DNA of 64,000 bases from Gammaproteobacteria bacterium (GTDB taxonomy: Bacteria > Pseudomonadota > Gammaproteobacteria > Eutrophobiales > Eutrophobiaceae): contig CBDCTH010000012.1 in the NCBI GenBank assembly GCA_965222155.1, positions 3,424,001 to 3,488,000 on the forward strand, given 5' to 3'. This document shows positions 1 to 11,763 of the stretch, in pieces (positions within the stretch are counted from its first letter, which is position 1; the number at the start of each line of letters is the position of its first letter). Under the pieces are notes generated by a model. The model saw nothing but the letters and a program-made list of their open reading frames with translations, made no database searches and was not told the origin of the DNA. The position numbers and the translations under genes were made by a program.

Positions 1-60
1 AGATGCTGCCTCCTCCAGGAGAACTATCCCCTGGGGAACAGCACAAACGATAAAAGAATA

Positions 61-1229
<1,169 letters not shown>

Positions 1230-1297
1230 GTTGGATTAAGACATAGGCCGGAACGTCGGCCATTCCTTATAAGGATAATCCAACACAGGAGAGAACA

Positions 1298-2164
1298 ATG
1301 ACAAGTATCTGGAACCACCTCCAAGGAGTGGATTTTAAACAAACCTATTACAACGCCGGCGGCGTCAAAACCCGCGCCATCGAAGCGGGTGACGGGCCAC
1401 CGTTAATATTGCTGCACGGCACCGGCGGCCACGCAGAAGCCTACCTGAAAAATATCGAGGCCCACGCAAAGCATTTCCACGTTTATGTCATCGATATGGT
1501 GGGTCACGGTTATACCGATGCCCCGGATATCAGCTACGACATGCAATGCTACGTGGACTTTATGAAAGACTTCGTCGATGCTATCGGCGCGGATAAAGCC
1601 CATATATCCGGGGAGTCGCTGGGTGCAACGGTCGCTTCCTGGTTCGCTCTGCAACACCCGGACCGGGTTGGCAAGATCGTCATGAACACCGGCATGATGC
1701 TGCCGCCGGAGGAGGAAGGCGCAGAGGAATTAAAGGATTTGCTGGAACGCAGCCGCAAAGCCACCGGTTCCCCGGATCGGAATGCGCTCCGGCAACGTAT
1801 TCGCTGGCTGATGCACCGGGATGAGGACGTTACTGATGAGATCGTCGAGGTACGCTACCGAATCTATCAGCAACCGGGCCGCGCGGCGGTGATCAGAAAA
1901 ATTGCGGAACAGAGCATAGGCGCCCTGCTGGACCCGGTCGAGCAGGAAAAATGGTACAAACCGGAATTGCTGCAACAGTTGACCTGCCCCACCCTGGTGT
2001 TATGGACTCGCTACAATCCGGGACAACTGGTACCCCTGGCGGAGCAGGGCGCCGCATTGATACCCGACAGCGAACTGGTGATACTGGAAAATTCCGCCCA
2101 CTGGCCCCAATGGGAGGAACCTGAAGAGTTCAACAAGGCACATATCGAGTATTTGCTTAAATAA
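1298..2164 (+). CDS. Alpha/beta hydrolase, meta-cleavage product hydrolase (MhpC/BphD-like)
   Basis: LLHGTGG, GESLG nucleophile elbow, AHWPQWE; AGGAG RBS; next to extradiol dioxygenase genes. Confidence 0.8.
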   Translation: MTSIWNHLQGVDFKQTYYNAGGVKTRAIEAGDGPPLILLHGTGGHAEAYLKNIEAHAKHFHVYVIDMVGHGYTDAPDISYDMQCYVDFMKDFVDAIGADKAHISGESLGATVASWFALQHPDRVGKIVMNTGMMLPPEEEGAEELKDLLERSRKATGSPDRNALRQRIRWLMHRDEDVTDEIVEVRYRIYQQPGRAAVIRKIAEQSIGALLDPVEQEKWYKPELLQQLTCPTLVLWTRYNPGQLVPLAEQGAALIPDSELVILENSAHWPQWEEPEEFNKAHIEYLLK

Positions 2165-2411
2165 CACGTTAGTATATTTTTTGAAAACTGACATGAGTGA
2201 AATAACCCGAACGTTGTTGGAAGAAACCCAGGACTACGTGAAACAGGCCAAGGCCAAGGAGGCCCAGGCCAAAAAACCCTGGCAGGTCTGGCTTGACGCG
2301 GAGTGGTGGTTCCCTGATTACTGGTACCCGGCGGCGCTATGCCGACGTATTGCCTCTGCAAGAGGTTATGGCGTATATTGAGAACTTGATTTGATTTCAT
2401 GGTGCGGACCT

Positions 2412-2834
2412 ATGACTGATAGCAAAGCAAAAGTACTGAAAGGCAAGGCCACTCCCCGAGGCAAATATCCCCATGCCAGGCGCGCGGGTGATTACATCTT
2501 CATTTCCGGCACCAGTGCAAGACAGGCCGATAATACCATCATCGGCGCAGAAGCGGCGGATGAAATGGGCACGTCGAACCTGGATATCCGGGTACAAACC
2601 CGGGAGGTACTGAAAAATATCGCCGACATACTGGCCAGTTTTGACGCCACGCTGGCAGATCTCACCGAAATAACGGCTTTTATGGTCAACATGAATGATT
2701 TTGCCGGGTATAATGAGGTCTACGGGGAGGTGTTCGACTATGACGGTCCGGCCCGTACCACGGTAGCCGTCCACCAGTTGCCGCACCCGCAGTTAGCGAT
2801 AGAAATAAAGGCCATAGCCTACAAGCCCGAGTAA
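2412..2834 (+). CDS. amnD: RidA/YjgF-family 2-aminomuconate deaminase
   Basis: [34 protein letters not shown]; adjacent to amnB. Confidence 0.75.
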   Translation: MTDSKAKVLKGKATPRGKYPHARRAGDYIFISGTSARQADNTIIGAEAADEMGTSNLDIRVQTREVLKNIADILASFDATLADLTEITAFMVNMNDFAGYNEVYGEVFDYDGPARTTVAVHQLPHPQLAIEIKAIAYKPE

Positions 2835-2850
2835 TCTCACAAGGCCATGA

Positions 2851-3771
<921 letters not shown>

Positions 3772-3783
3772 GTGATACACTAC

Positions 3784-3960
3784 CGTCATTTCGGCGAATG
3801 CTGCGTGGTTGATATGTATTCGTCATTCCAGCGAATGCTATCGTCATTCCGGCGAATGCTATCGTCATTCCGGCGAATGCCGGAATCCAGTCAAAAAAAT
3901 CATTCCTTGTTTATGAGGGAATAAATTGTTCACTGGATTCCGGCATTCGCCGGAATGACG
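3784..3960. repeat. REP/REPIN-like element: perfect 29-bp inverted repeat plus 21-bp tandem partial copies
   Basis: CGTCATTCCGGCGAATGCCGGAATCCAGT (3863-3891) is the exact reverse complement of 3932-3960; partial units at 3784, 3821 and 3842. Confidence 0.9.
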
Positions 3961-4027
3961 GAAGGTGAATCAGGTAATACTCAAAAACAATATTGATGGA
4001 CTACTACAACAGATAGGTGAAAAATAA

Positions 4028-4840
4028 ATGAGCGTCGTATCCGCTTTTCTGGTGCCCGGCTCCCCCTTGCCCTACGTACAGCGGGATAATCCGCCCTGGG
4101 GTGAAATTGCCGACGCCATGGAAACGGCCGGTAAGGCCCTGGCAGCCTCCGACCCGGACCTGATCGTCATCTATTCCACCCAGTGGATCGCGGTACTGGA
4201 CCAGCTCTGGCAGACTCGTGCTGACCTGCAAGGCTTGCATGTGGATGAGAACTGGCACGAGTATGGAGACCTGCCTTTCGACATGAAGATCGACGTGGAA
4301 TTTGCCGAACTGGCCCTGGAAAAGACCGCCGCAGCGGGCATCAAGGCCAAAGGCGTGGATTATGATCACTTCCCTGTGGACACCGGCGCCATCGTAGCAT
4401 CCAATTTCCTGAACCCGGATGGGAGCATACCCCTGGCCATCACTTCCAATAACGTCTATCACGACTGGCAGATGACGGAATCACTGGGCCGGGTCGCCGC
4501 TGAGTCTGCGGCTGAACTGGGCCGGAAACTGGCCGTCATCGGCGTAGGCGGCCTGTCCGGTTCCATTTACCGGCACGTAATCGACATCCGCGACGACAAA
4601 ATCACCGACCCCGCGGAGGATGAATGGAACAGGAAGATCCTGTCATTGATGGAGCAGGGTGACACGGAGACCTTGTTACAGACCTGCCACGACTATGCCG
4701 CCGCGGCCCGGGTGGACATGGGCTTCAAGCACTTCGCCTTCATCATGGGCGCCACCGGCAATCACTTCAACAGTGCCACAGTCCACGCCTACGGCCCCCT
4801 GTACGGCAGCGGCGCGGCGGTTATCGAATTCGATTTGTAA
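4028..4840 (+). CDS. amnA: 2-aminophenol 1,6-dioxygenase alpha subunit
   Basis: VVSAFLVPGSPLP, YSTQWIAVLDQLWQ, GVGGLSG, YGSGAAV; follows amnB. Confidence 0.88.
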   Translation: MSVVSAFLVPGSPLPYVQRDNPPWGEIADAMETAGKALAASDPDLIVIYSTQWIAVLDQLWQTRADLQGLHVDENWHEYGDLPFDMKIDVEFAELALEKTAAAGIKAKGVDYDHFPVDTGAIVASNFLNPDGSIPLAITSNNVYHDWQMTESLGRVAAESAAELGRKLAVIGVGGLSGSIYRHVIDIRDDKITDPAEDEWNRKILSLMEQGDTETLLQTCHDYAAAARVDMGFKHFAFIMGATGNHFNSATVHAYGPLYGSGAAVIEFDL

Positions 4841-4860
4841 ATCAGGAAATCAAATAGTTA

Positions 4861-4932
4861 AATCAGGGGTCGGACCTGCATAACCGCATATAACTATTTG
4901 TTTTTTTCAGATTAATATATCGATGGATGAGC
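4861..4932 (+). mobile_element. Truncated left part of the 281-bp non-autonomous element (type A)
   Basis: Near-identical to the first ~70 bp of 7812-8092 and 8701-8981. Confidence 0.85.
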
Positions 4933-4966
4933 CTTAACCCATAATATCATCCATCGATTCTCTAAT

Positions 4967-5071
4967 CGACAATCTGCCGACCTTCAAAACGGCAATTAGA
5001 CGAAGTTAAAACCGACAATTAGTCGCTTTACTAACCGACAATTAGTCGCTATACTAACCGGCAAATGGCCG
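4967..5071. promoter_or_regulatory. Five imperfect palindromes CGRC-N5-GHCG at exact 23-bp period; putative operator array
   Basis: Units start at 4967, 4990, 5013, 5036 and 5059; the last overlaps the first ATG of the DUF4143 gene. Confidence 0.7.
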
Positions 5072-6312
5072 CTTACAATTTCATGCTTCCTCGCTCGCTG
5101 GCACCCGTTATTCGTGAGGCGATGACGGATACCCCGGTGATTTGCCTGCTGGGTCCGCGGCAGAGTGGGAAGACTACCCTCGTCCGACAACTGGAACCTG
5201 AACGTGCGTATGTCAGTCTGGATGATAACAACTATTACCAGACTGCCACCTCAGACCCAGTCGAGTTCATTGCGAGCCTGCCGGATGTTGTCACTCTGGA
5301 TGAAGTGCAGCGGGCGCCAATGTTGCTTCCTGCCATCAAGCGAGCCGTTGATGAAGACCGCCGTCACGGTCGTTTCCTGCTTACCGGATCAGCCAACCTG
5401 CTACTGCTGCCGAAAGTGACCGAATCCTTGGCAGGACGCATGGAAATTATACAGTTACAGCCTTTGACAGAAGCGGAAAAAATGCGTCAGTCCGGTTCTT
5501 TCCTGAAGATACTGATGGATGGGGCTTTTAATTCTGCCATCCAACCCGGACGTCAAACGGGAGGACTGACATTGGCGGAGCGGCTGGTAACTGGTGGGTA
5601 TCCCGAACCGCTGACACGTTCACCATCCCGTGCCAGGCAATGGCGTAGACAATACATGCATACCATCATTGAACGGGACGTACATGATGTGGCCCGGGTC
5701 AAAGACAGTCGCGAATTATCCCGCGTGTTGGAATTATTGGCCGTTCGCAGCGCGCAACTGTTCAACGCCAGTAACCTGGCGAACAACCTTGGTTTACATA
5801 GAGAGACCGTAGATCATTATGTCAGTGTGTTGGAGCGGCTATTTCTCATACGCCGTTTGCCCGCTTGGCATCGTAACACCGGCAAACGACTCATCAAGTC
5901 CCCGAAAGTCCATCTGATCGATAGTGGACTCGCCGCTACCCTTTCCGATCTCAACGCGGATGACTGGCTCGCTAAGAGGGAGAGGATGGGACACCTCCTT
6001 GAGTCTTTCGTAGTTCAGCAGCTTATAGCCCAGGCTGCATGGACTGATCCAGATCTCAGGTTCTGGCACTATCGTGACAAGGATCAAGTGGAAGTAGACG
6101 TAGTTATTACCCGTGGTCCGAAGACCTGGGGAGTTGAAGTTAAAGCGGCCGCTACCCTGACGCCGAGAGATGGAATAGGACTCGCCAGACTCGCTGACTT
6201 ATGTGGTAAAGACTTTGAAGGCGGTGTCCTGCTTTATACCGGACAGGATATATTACCAATGAGAAACAAACGCATGCTTGCCATACCGATCAGCGAACTT
6301 TGGAATCAATAG
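5065..6312 (+). CDS. AAA ATPase with DUF4143 (wHTH + PD-(D/E)XK-like C-terminus)
   Basis: GPRQSGKT, LDEVQR, LTGSA, SLAGR, GGYPE, KSPK..DSGL, EVD...VEVK. Confidence 0.92.
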   Translation: MAAYNFMLPRSLAPVIREAMTDTPVICLLGPRQSGKTTLVRQLEPERAYVSLDDNNYYQTATSDPVEFIASLPDVVTLDEVQRAPMLLPAIKRAVDEDRRHGRFLLTGSANLLLLPKVTESLAGRMEIIQLQPLTEAEKMRQSGSFLKILMDGAFNSAIQPGRQTGGLTLAERLVTGGYPEPLTRSPSRARQWRRQYMHTIIERDVHDVARVKDSRELSRVLELLAVRSAQLFNASNLANNLGLHRETVDHYVSVLERLFLIRRLPAWHRNTGKRLIKSPKVHLIDSGLAATLSDLNADDWLAKRERMGHLLESFVVQQLIAQAAWTDPDLRFWHYRDKDQVEVDVVITRGPKTWGVEVKAAATLTPRDGIGLARLADLCGKDFEGGVLLYTGQDILPMRNKRMLAIPISELWNQ

Positions 6313-6368
6313 ACAGATATCTTGCAGAAAAAACTATACATAAGGCTTGAGAAATTCGATTATTTTTT

Positions 6369-7137
6369 CCCGACTTCGACGGTTTATTTCTCTAAGTGAT
6401 TGATTTTTTTGAAAACGAGTTGACCCGTAGGCACTACAAATGCCGGGGATTGAATAGCGGATGGCAGACCGGGCTTATTTGAGTTCGTACGGCGTGCTTG
6501 AGTGGGTTAATCCCATCACTTTGTAGAGTTGTCTGCCCACCTCACTGATAGCAGAAGGGAGCACATAGCGGCGCTTTGTCTGTTGGTGTTCCAGCACGCT
6601 GTGCTGGCTATGCGTTAGCGCAGTGCAAATGACGTCGGGGGAGACCGGTTTGGCTTGCAGGGACATCCGGTATTGCAGGTGCCGGACACACAGCAGGGTC
6701 ATGAAGGCCATAGCGAGGTGGGCGCGGATGCGTCTGTGGGTCCAGTGGTAGATGGGTCGCACCTTGAGGTCGTGTTTACTCACCCGGAAGGTGTCCTCGA
6801 CCTGCCACAGGCCGCGATACTGGCTCATGGGGGTGTCGGTGGCCGCCGGCAGGTTGGTGATGACCCCGTGCAGGCCGTCCCAGCGCGCGGCGTCGGTCAC
6901 CTTGTCCTGATTGACGCTCAAGGTGGTCTCGCCGTCCACCTGCAGGTACTTCTTATAGCCGTAGTTGTTCAACAGGTCTTTGGGGTTGTTGCTGTTAGCC
7001 AGTTTCTTGCGCAGTGTGCGGATAGGCTGCTCGCGGTCGCGGCGGTCTTTTTCGGCCCGCACCGGGGCGTAGCTGACCACCAGCCGGCGGGATTGGTACG
7101 GCAGGGACAGCACGCGCGTCCCGTCCGCATCCTGCAG
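6369..7137 (-). mobile_element. IS1634-family transposase 3' fragment with one terminal end
   Basis: RWDG..G.ITN, YRGLWQVEDTFRVSK.DL..RP.YHW...RIRAH; 5' half absent; CCCGACTTCGAC end at 6369. Confidence 0.8.
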
Positions 7138-7193
7138 GGATTGATTCGGTATAGAGAAAAAGGAAACCTGTCTTATCTCCCGTCATTCCTGCA

Positions 7194-7412
7194 TCACTCA
7201 AATAATGAACGAGGTAACCCCGATTGCCGGATAATGGACATTAGTGTTCCGATACGCAGTTCTTTATGATCCGGTACAGGAACAGTCACCGTACTGTTTG
7301 ATATGACTTTTTGCATTACCACGTGACTACTTCGTCTTCTGATTTCTACGAATCCCTGACTGGTGAGTATTCGACAAACTTCATTTCCTGACAGGACTTT
7401 CAGTTTAGCCAA
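7194..7412 (-). CDS. hicA: HicA-family mRNA interferase toxin
   Basis: GF...RRRSSHV.M and VPVP.HKEL..GTL.SI.RQ; overlaps the hicB stop. Confidence 0.85.
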   Translation of the reverse strand: MAKLKVLSGNEVCRILTSQGFVEIRRRSSHVVMQKVISNSTVTVPVPDHKELRIGTLMSIIRQSGLPRSLFE

Positions 7413-7626
7413 CAGCAACCTCAACGTATGTCACGTACACTTCATTGTGTAATCGCTGCTGAATTTCCGATGTTGACGCAGTTTCGAAAAACAGTTCTAA
7501 AGCTTCCTTGAGATTGACTCGCGCCTCATTTACTGTTGCCCCCTGACTTGCAACGTCTACCTCGGGACAGAGTGCAACGTAGCCGTTATCTTCACGTTCA
7601 ATAATTGCTGTTAATTGTCTGGTCAT
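7405..7626 (-). CDS. hicB: HicB-family antitoxin
   Basis: IIEREDNGYVALCPE...SQGAT..EA..NLKEALEL. Confidence 0.88.
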   Translation of the reverse strand: MTRQLTAIIEREDNGYVALCPEVDVASQGATVNEARVNLKEALELFFETASTSEIQQRLHNEVYVTYVEVAVG

Positions 7627-7811
7627 TTCAATCTCCCATTTGCAACCATATTCTCATATTGGCTGCTTGAATGGTAACAATATCTGACCCTGTTACCAGT
7701 GTCCGCAATAGCGGCCTGAAACAATGTTTGTCAAAATAGTGTGATATTAAACTCTCTGCCCAGATTCCAGGGCGGAATCAGGGGTCGGACCTGAATCAGG
7801 TAATCCAGGGC

Positions 7812-8092
7812 GGAATCAGGGGTCGGACCTGCATAACCGTATATAACTACTTGTTTTTTCAGATTAATATATCGATGGATGAGCTTTTTTCAGCTTTAGC
7901 AGACGTTTTTTTATTACGCAAACTGACATCGTGAGAAATATTACTTGTCAGCGTCTATTATTGCCTATCTTAGCCTGCTTATTTTCTCTGCCAAAAACGT
8001 CTTCTGAAGCTGAAATAACAGGTCATATTCAGTCGTTTACTAAGCATAATCAAAGGGTTATATTGGATTATATTGGTCCGACCCAGCTAACA
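7812..8092 (+). mobile_element. 281-bp non-autonomous element, type A, copy 2
   Basis: GGGTCGGACC...GGTCCGACCC inverted ends; nearly identical to 8701-8981; AT-rich interior. Confidence 0.9.
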
Positions 8093-8119
8093 ACTGTCCG
8101 GGGCAGCACTTGTCAGTGA

Positions 8120-8410
8120 CCACCCCTCTCCCTCCAATAAAAAGGTTTTCTCCGATCATGGGCTACGGCAATAATCAGAATATGATCGTTTTCGTGTGTA
8201 AATTATTGAATAGGGAAAGCGTGAAACCAGACTGCGACGGAAATTCGCTTGGATAGTTTGCCCAATTTCAGGATGCGCTCGAATCCGATCAATCGAACGC
8301 TGAATATCGTCAAGATAATTCATCCCAAGACCGGGGCATTGTTCTTCATAGAACAGCGCTGCTTCGGTCATCTCTACTTCCGCAGGAAGTAGATACCGGT
8401 AGTCGGTCAC
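8120..8410 (-). pseudogene. ParE/RelE-family toxin, frameshifted near the C-terminus
   Basis: AE.E..EA..FYE...PGLG, RFPYSIIY; the expected ILIIAVAH.RR.P.YW tail is in another frame. Confidence 0.75.
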
Positions 8411-8637
8411 TTAATGCGTAGATGCGCCCGTCGCATTGCTTCGTCCCCCGGAACCACTTTGATTTTACCCTCCTGGTAAGCTTCGTAACGACGTTCCACT
8501 TCCTCAACCCATAATTTTTCCGAAGCTTTGTCATCCATATCATCCAAATCTTCAATCAAAGAGCGGATCAGGTACGCTTTTTCTTTCATGCTCAAGGAGT
8601 GAATTTCCTTTTCCAGTCTGTCAATATCAGTAGCCAT
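8407..8637 (-). CDS. Addiction-module antitoxin (TIGR02574-like)
   Basis: LS..EKA.L...LIEDL, W..EVERR...Y..G....VP; coupled to the ParE gene. Confidence 0.85.
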   Translation of the reverse strand: MATDIDRLEKEIHSLSMKEKAYLIRSLIEDLDDMDDKASEKLWVEEVERRYEAYQEGKIKVVPGDEAMRRAHLRIK

Positions 8638-8700
8638 AACCTGATTATACCAGTTTCTGTAGCAAAATATTTTTGAACCGGTACATGATAAGCTTGGAAT

Positions 8701-8981
8701 GGAATCAGGGGTCGGACCTGCATAACCGTATATAACTACTTGTTTTTTCAGATTAATATATCGATGGATGAGCTTTTTTCAGCTTTAGCAGACGTTTTTT
8801 TATTACGCAAACTGACATCGTGAGAAATATCACTTGTCAGCGTCTATTATTGCCTATCTTAGCCTGCTTATTTTCTCTGCCAAAAACGTCTTCTGAAGCT
8901 GAAATAACAGGTCATATTCAGTCGTTTACTAAGCATAATCAAAGGGTTATATTGGATTATATTGGTCCGACCCAGCTAACA
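8701..8981 (+). mobile_element. 281-bp non-autonomous element, type A, copy 3
   Basis: Repeat of 7812-8092; IHF-consensus AATCAAAGGGTTA at 8937-8949. Confidence 0.9.
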
Positions 8982-9017
8982 GCCTTTACGTATTGGAGTA
9001 TCCCCTGTGTTTATCGA

Positions 9018-10070
9018 CTACGGTTCGACGTAGGTTTTCAACACATTCCATGCATGCCAGCCTTCCAGCAGGGCATCCGGATAACCACCAGCGGTTTCCT
9101 GCAATTCTTCAGGAGGAAGATACTTTCTTGGTAATGGAAAGGCCTCAACAACATCTTCATAGGCGACGCCGCTTTGCTTTAATCGATCCGTTTCCGAGAT
9201 CAGCTCGGCCAGGTACGTTTGAAATTTTATCATATGGGTTCTGATCCTGTTTTTCCCGACCAGTGCACCACCGTGACCGGGAATCATCACTTCAATGTCG
9301 AGCGCCTCGATGACCCTGGCCATGGTCTGAAGGTACTCCTGCGCGTGCCCTTCTATAACCCAGGGAATGCCCGTGGGGCCAAGAATGAGGTTCCCGGTCC
9401 AGGCGATTTTCTCTTTCGGCAGGTAAACGATGCTGTCACCAGGCCCGCAGCCCATTCCAAAATAGTGGAACTGGACAATTCGCCCGCCCAGGTCTAATTC
9501 CATGAACTCATCGAATACCTGATCAGGCAGTCTCTTGGGTGCGGCGGCGTAAACGGCGGGGTCATCCACCAGTGCAAGTAAAAATTTCTTCTCAAAATCA
9601 AAACGCGAATCTATCAAATCCCTGGTAATCCTGTGCGCAATTATGTGAGTTTCCTCTGGGAAGTAACCATTGCCGAAGGTGTGGTCACCATGATAGTTCG
9701 TGTTGAAAAGATAGTCGGGCACGTCGCGACCGGTGAGCGATTTCACGTTCGCCAGTATTTTCTTTGCCATATCCTCGTTGATGTGAGCATCTACCACAAG
9801 AATACTGTCGTCGCCGATAATAACACCTGAATTATCGACCGGCTTTCGTGTTGAGATCAATCCGTATACGCTAGGCGCGAATTCCTGAGGCCGTAATTCA
9901 ACCCCCTGGGGTTTGATTTTCACGCCATGTATTTGAGGTAAATTCGGCGGGATAATAATCATGTCCCTGTCTTTTGGATGTGCCGCTGTTGTGCCTGCAT
10001 CCTGCCCTGCCTGCGCCGTCGAAGTCAGTGCAAATACCGTAAAACACACGAAAGTTAAAAACAGTCTCAT
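9018..10070 (-). CDS. Secreted MBL-fold metallo-hydrolase (cyclase-like) with atypical metal ligands
   Basis: Signal-peptide-like N-terminus, NSG.I.G....LVVDA, NTNYHGDHTFGN, IPGHG. Confidence 0.8.
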   Translation of the reverse strand: MRLFLTFVCFTVFALTSTAQAGQDAGTTAAHPKDRDMIIIPPNLPQIHGVKIKPQGVELRPQEFAPSVYGLISTRKPVDNSGVIIGDDSILVVDAHINEDMAKKILANVKSLTGRDVPDYLFNTNYHGDHTFGNGYFPEETHIIAHRITRDLIDSRFDFEKKFLLALVDDPAVYAAAPKRLPDQVFDEFMELDLGGRIVQFHYFGMGCGPGDSIVYLPKEKIAWTGNLILGPTGIPWVIEGHAQEYLQTMARVIEALDIEVMIPGHGGALVGKNRIRTHMIKFQTYLAELISETDRLKQSGVAYEDVVEAFPLPRKYLPPEELQETAGGYPDALLEGWHAWNVLKTYVEP

Positions 10071-10361
10071 AAGCCCACCCCTGTGACAATCAACGAATAT
10101 AAAAGATACTACTCGGTACGATAACTGGCAAACGAATTGTTGCGCATATTGCCTGGTTTTTGTTGGCGGCAAAGACCGACTGCTTGGCAACAATCAGGGT
10201 CGGCAAACAATCAGAACAATAGAACAATCAGGGTCAGACCCAGCTAAGCGAGCCCTCGACCTGACCCCACACGCTGTACCTTCTATTACGCTAAATACGA
10301 CATCTTCTGTAGCGACGCCGTGAATGTTGGTACTGATCAGGCAGCAATTCAGTAATCCTAT

Positions 10362-10625
10362 CTAATCTCCAAACCCGGAAACCGTGATAATTGCCAGTTC
10401 ATCAGCATGCACTTTTTCCGGGGTCAGGTCAGCAAGTAGCTCACTCTCGGTATAAGGAAAACAAAACCTGCCTTTTTTCCTTGAGGCAGGTTCGATAAGC
10501 AATCCCTCCTCCGTCACATCTGTAACGACTTTGCCGCCAGCTTTGATTTTGGGCAAGGTTCCCATTACACCAGTCACGCGCAAGGCCAAGCTATTACGTC
10601 TTCAATTTTTCCGGTTTGAGTCATC
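10362..10625 (-). pseudogene. AbrB/MazE-like antitoxin, apparently frameshifted at the 5' end; no toxin partner
   Basis: NSLALRV, EEGLLIEP, YT..ELLA.LTP; the MTQTGK start is in a different frame. Confidence 0.6.
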
Positions 10626-10635
10626 CGATTTTTGC

Positions 10636-11763
10636 TCAGGACTTGCCCTTGATCTGCTTTCTTATCCACGTTGAAAGTTCGGGATCTTCTATAAGCCAGG
10701 CGCCCGACCATCTATCGACGACGCTTAAACCTGTAAGCCTTCTCAGCGCCGTTTGCACTTTGTCAATTGATAGAGATTCGCCACCCAGCGATTGCCCGAT
10801 TGCCTCGCGCGTGGCTTTGGAAAACGGCTTTTCGGCGCCGGTTGCAAGTTGGACTAGCGTGGCGCGTTGAATATCCGTCAGTTTCAACCATAGCTCCGCA
10901 TAACCTAATTTCTCCGCCATTTGCTCGCGTAAGACGAGAAGGCCGTTACTGATAGACAGGTCAGGCCTCAAAGTCAACAGTTCGATCAATGCGCGGAAGA
11001 AATAGGGATTTTTATGCAACTCGTCAAATGCTTTCAGCGCGGCACTACGGTTTATTTTTCGTTGAGTTACATTCTTGAATACCTTGAGTTGGTGGTCGAC
11101 GAAGCGTTCGTCAAGCGGCTCGAAATCTAGGGAGGTTCCAAAATGAAATAAAGGCGCTTCGGCTTCGCTGAACATTTCCTGCAACCCTTCACGAGAGGAA
11201 CCGGTAAAAATTGCCTTCAGACCAGTATCCCGGACGTCCAGGCTGGTGCGAAGAGAGGCGATCAGGTCCCGGTTGTTTTTATCTTTCGCAAGTTCCTGAA
11301 TCTCATCAAACAGGAGCAAGGTTGGTTTTTTTCTATTTTCTACACGGGCGAGAAGATCGTCGAGATACAAGATGAGTTCAGCGGGCGGTTTCCTTCCGAG
11401 AGAGGAAAGATCGATTTCCGCTTCCGCTTTGGCCTTGCCGAGCGGCGCCGAAAGTTTCAGCTTTGGTTTCAGCCTGGATGCAGCGCTGCCGATGCGTCCC
11501 GCCATGGTTTTTGCTTCTAACGCGGTTTCAAGGCTGTGCAACAGGAGCGCGAGCGGCGCGAGCGGGGCGCGCCAAAAGCTTACATAGACTACCTTATGGC
11601 CTTTTTTTTCGGCATACGGAGCCAGATCTTTTGTCAGAAACTCAGTTTTTCCGGTACGGCGAGGCGCAAACAAGGTCAGCGCTTTGGCAGGGCCTTCAAC
11701 AAGCGCGTTAAATGTCCGAGCAGCCAGGTTCTCACGGGGATAATGCCACGGATGTTCTTTCAT
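10636..11763 (-). CDS. P-loop ATPase (archaeal-ATPase/AAA-like) with C-terminal wHTH-like region
   Basis: APRRTGKT Walker A, LLFDEIQE Walker B, FTGSS. Confidence 0.85.
   Translation of the reverse strand: MKEHPWHYPRENLAARTFNALVEGPAKALTLFAPRRTGKTEFLTKDLAPYAEKKGHKVVYVSFWRAPLAPLALLLHSLETALEAKTMAGRIGSAASRLKPKLKLSAPLGKAKAEAEIDLSSLGRKPPAELILYLDDLLARVENRKKPTLLLFDEIQELAKDKNNRDLIASLRTSLDVRDTGLKAIFTGSSREGLQEMFSEAEAPLFHFGTSLDFEPLDERFVDHQLKVFKNVTQRKINRSAALKAFDELHKNPYFFRALIELLTLRPDLSISNGLLVLREQMAEKLGYAELWLKLTDIQRATLVQLATGAEKPFSKATREAIGQSLGGESLSIDKVQTALRRLTGLSVVDRWSGAWLIEDPELSTWIRKQIKGKS

Noticed and set aside
4967-5071. CRISPR array
   Set aside because: 23-bp period leaves no unique spacers; no cas genes in the window
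7931-9134. Twin ORFs MRNITCQRLLLPILACLFS...
   Set aside because: They lie inside the type A repeat and the frame is not shared with homologous type B
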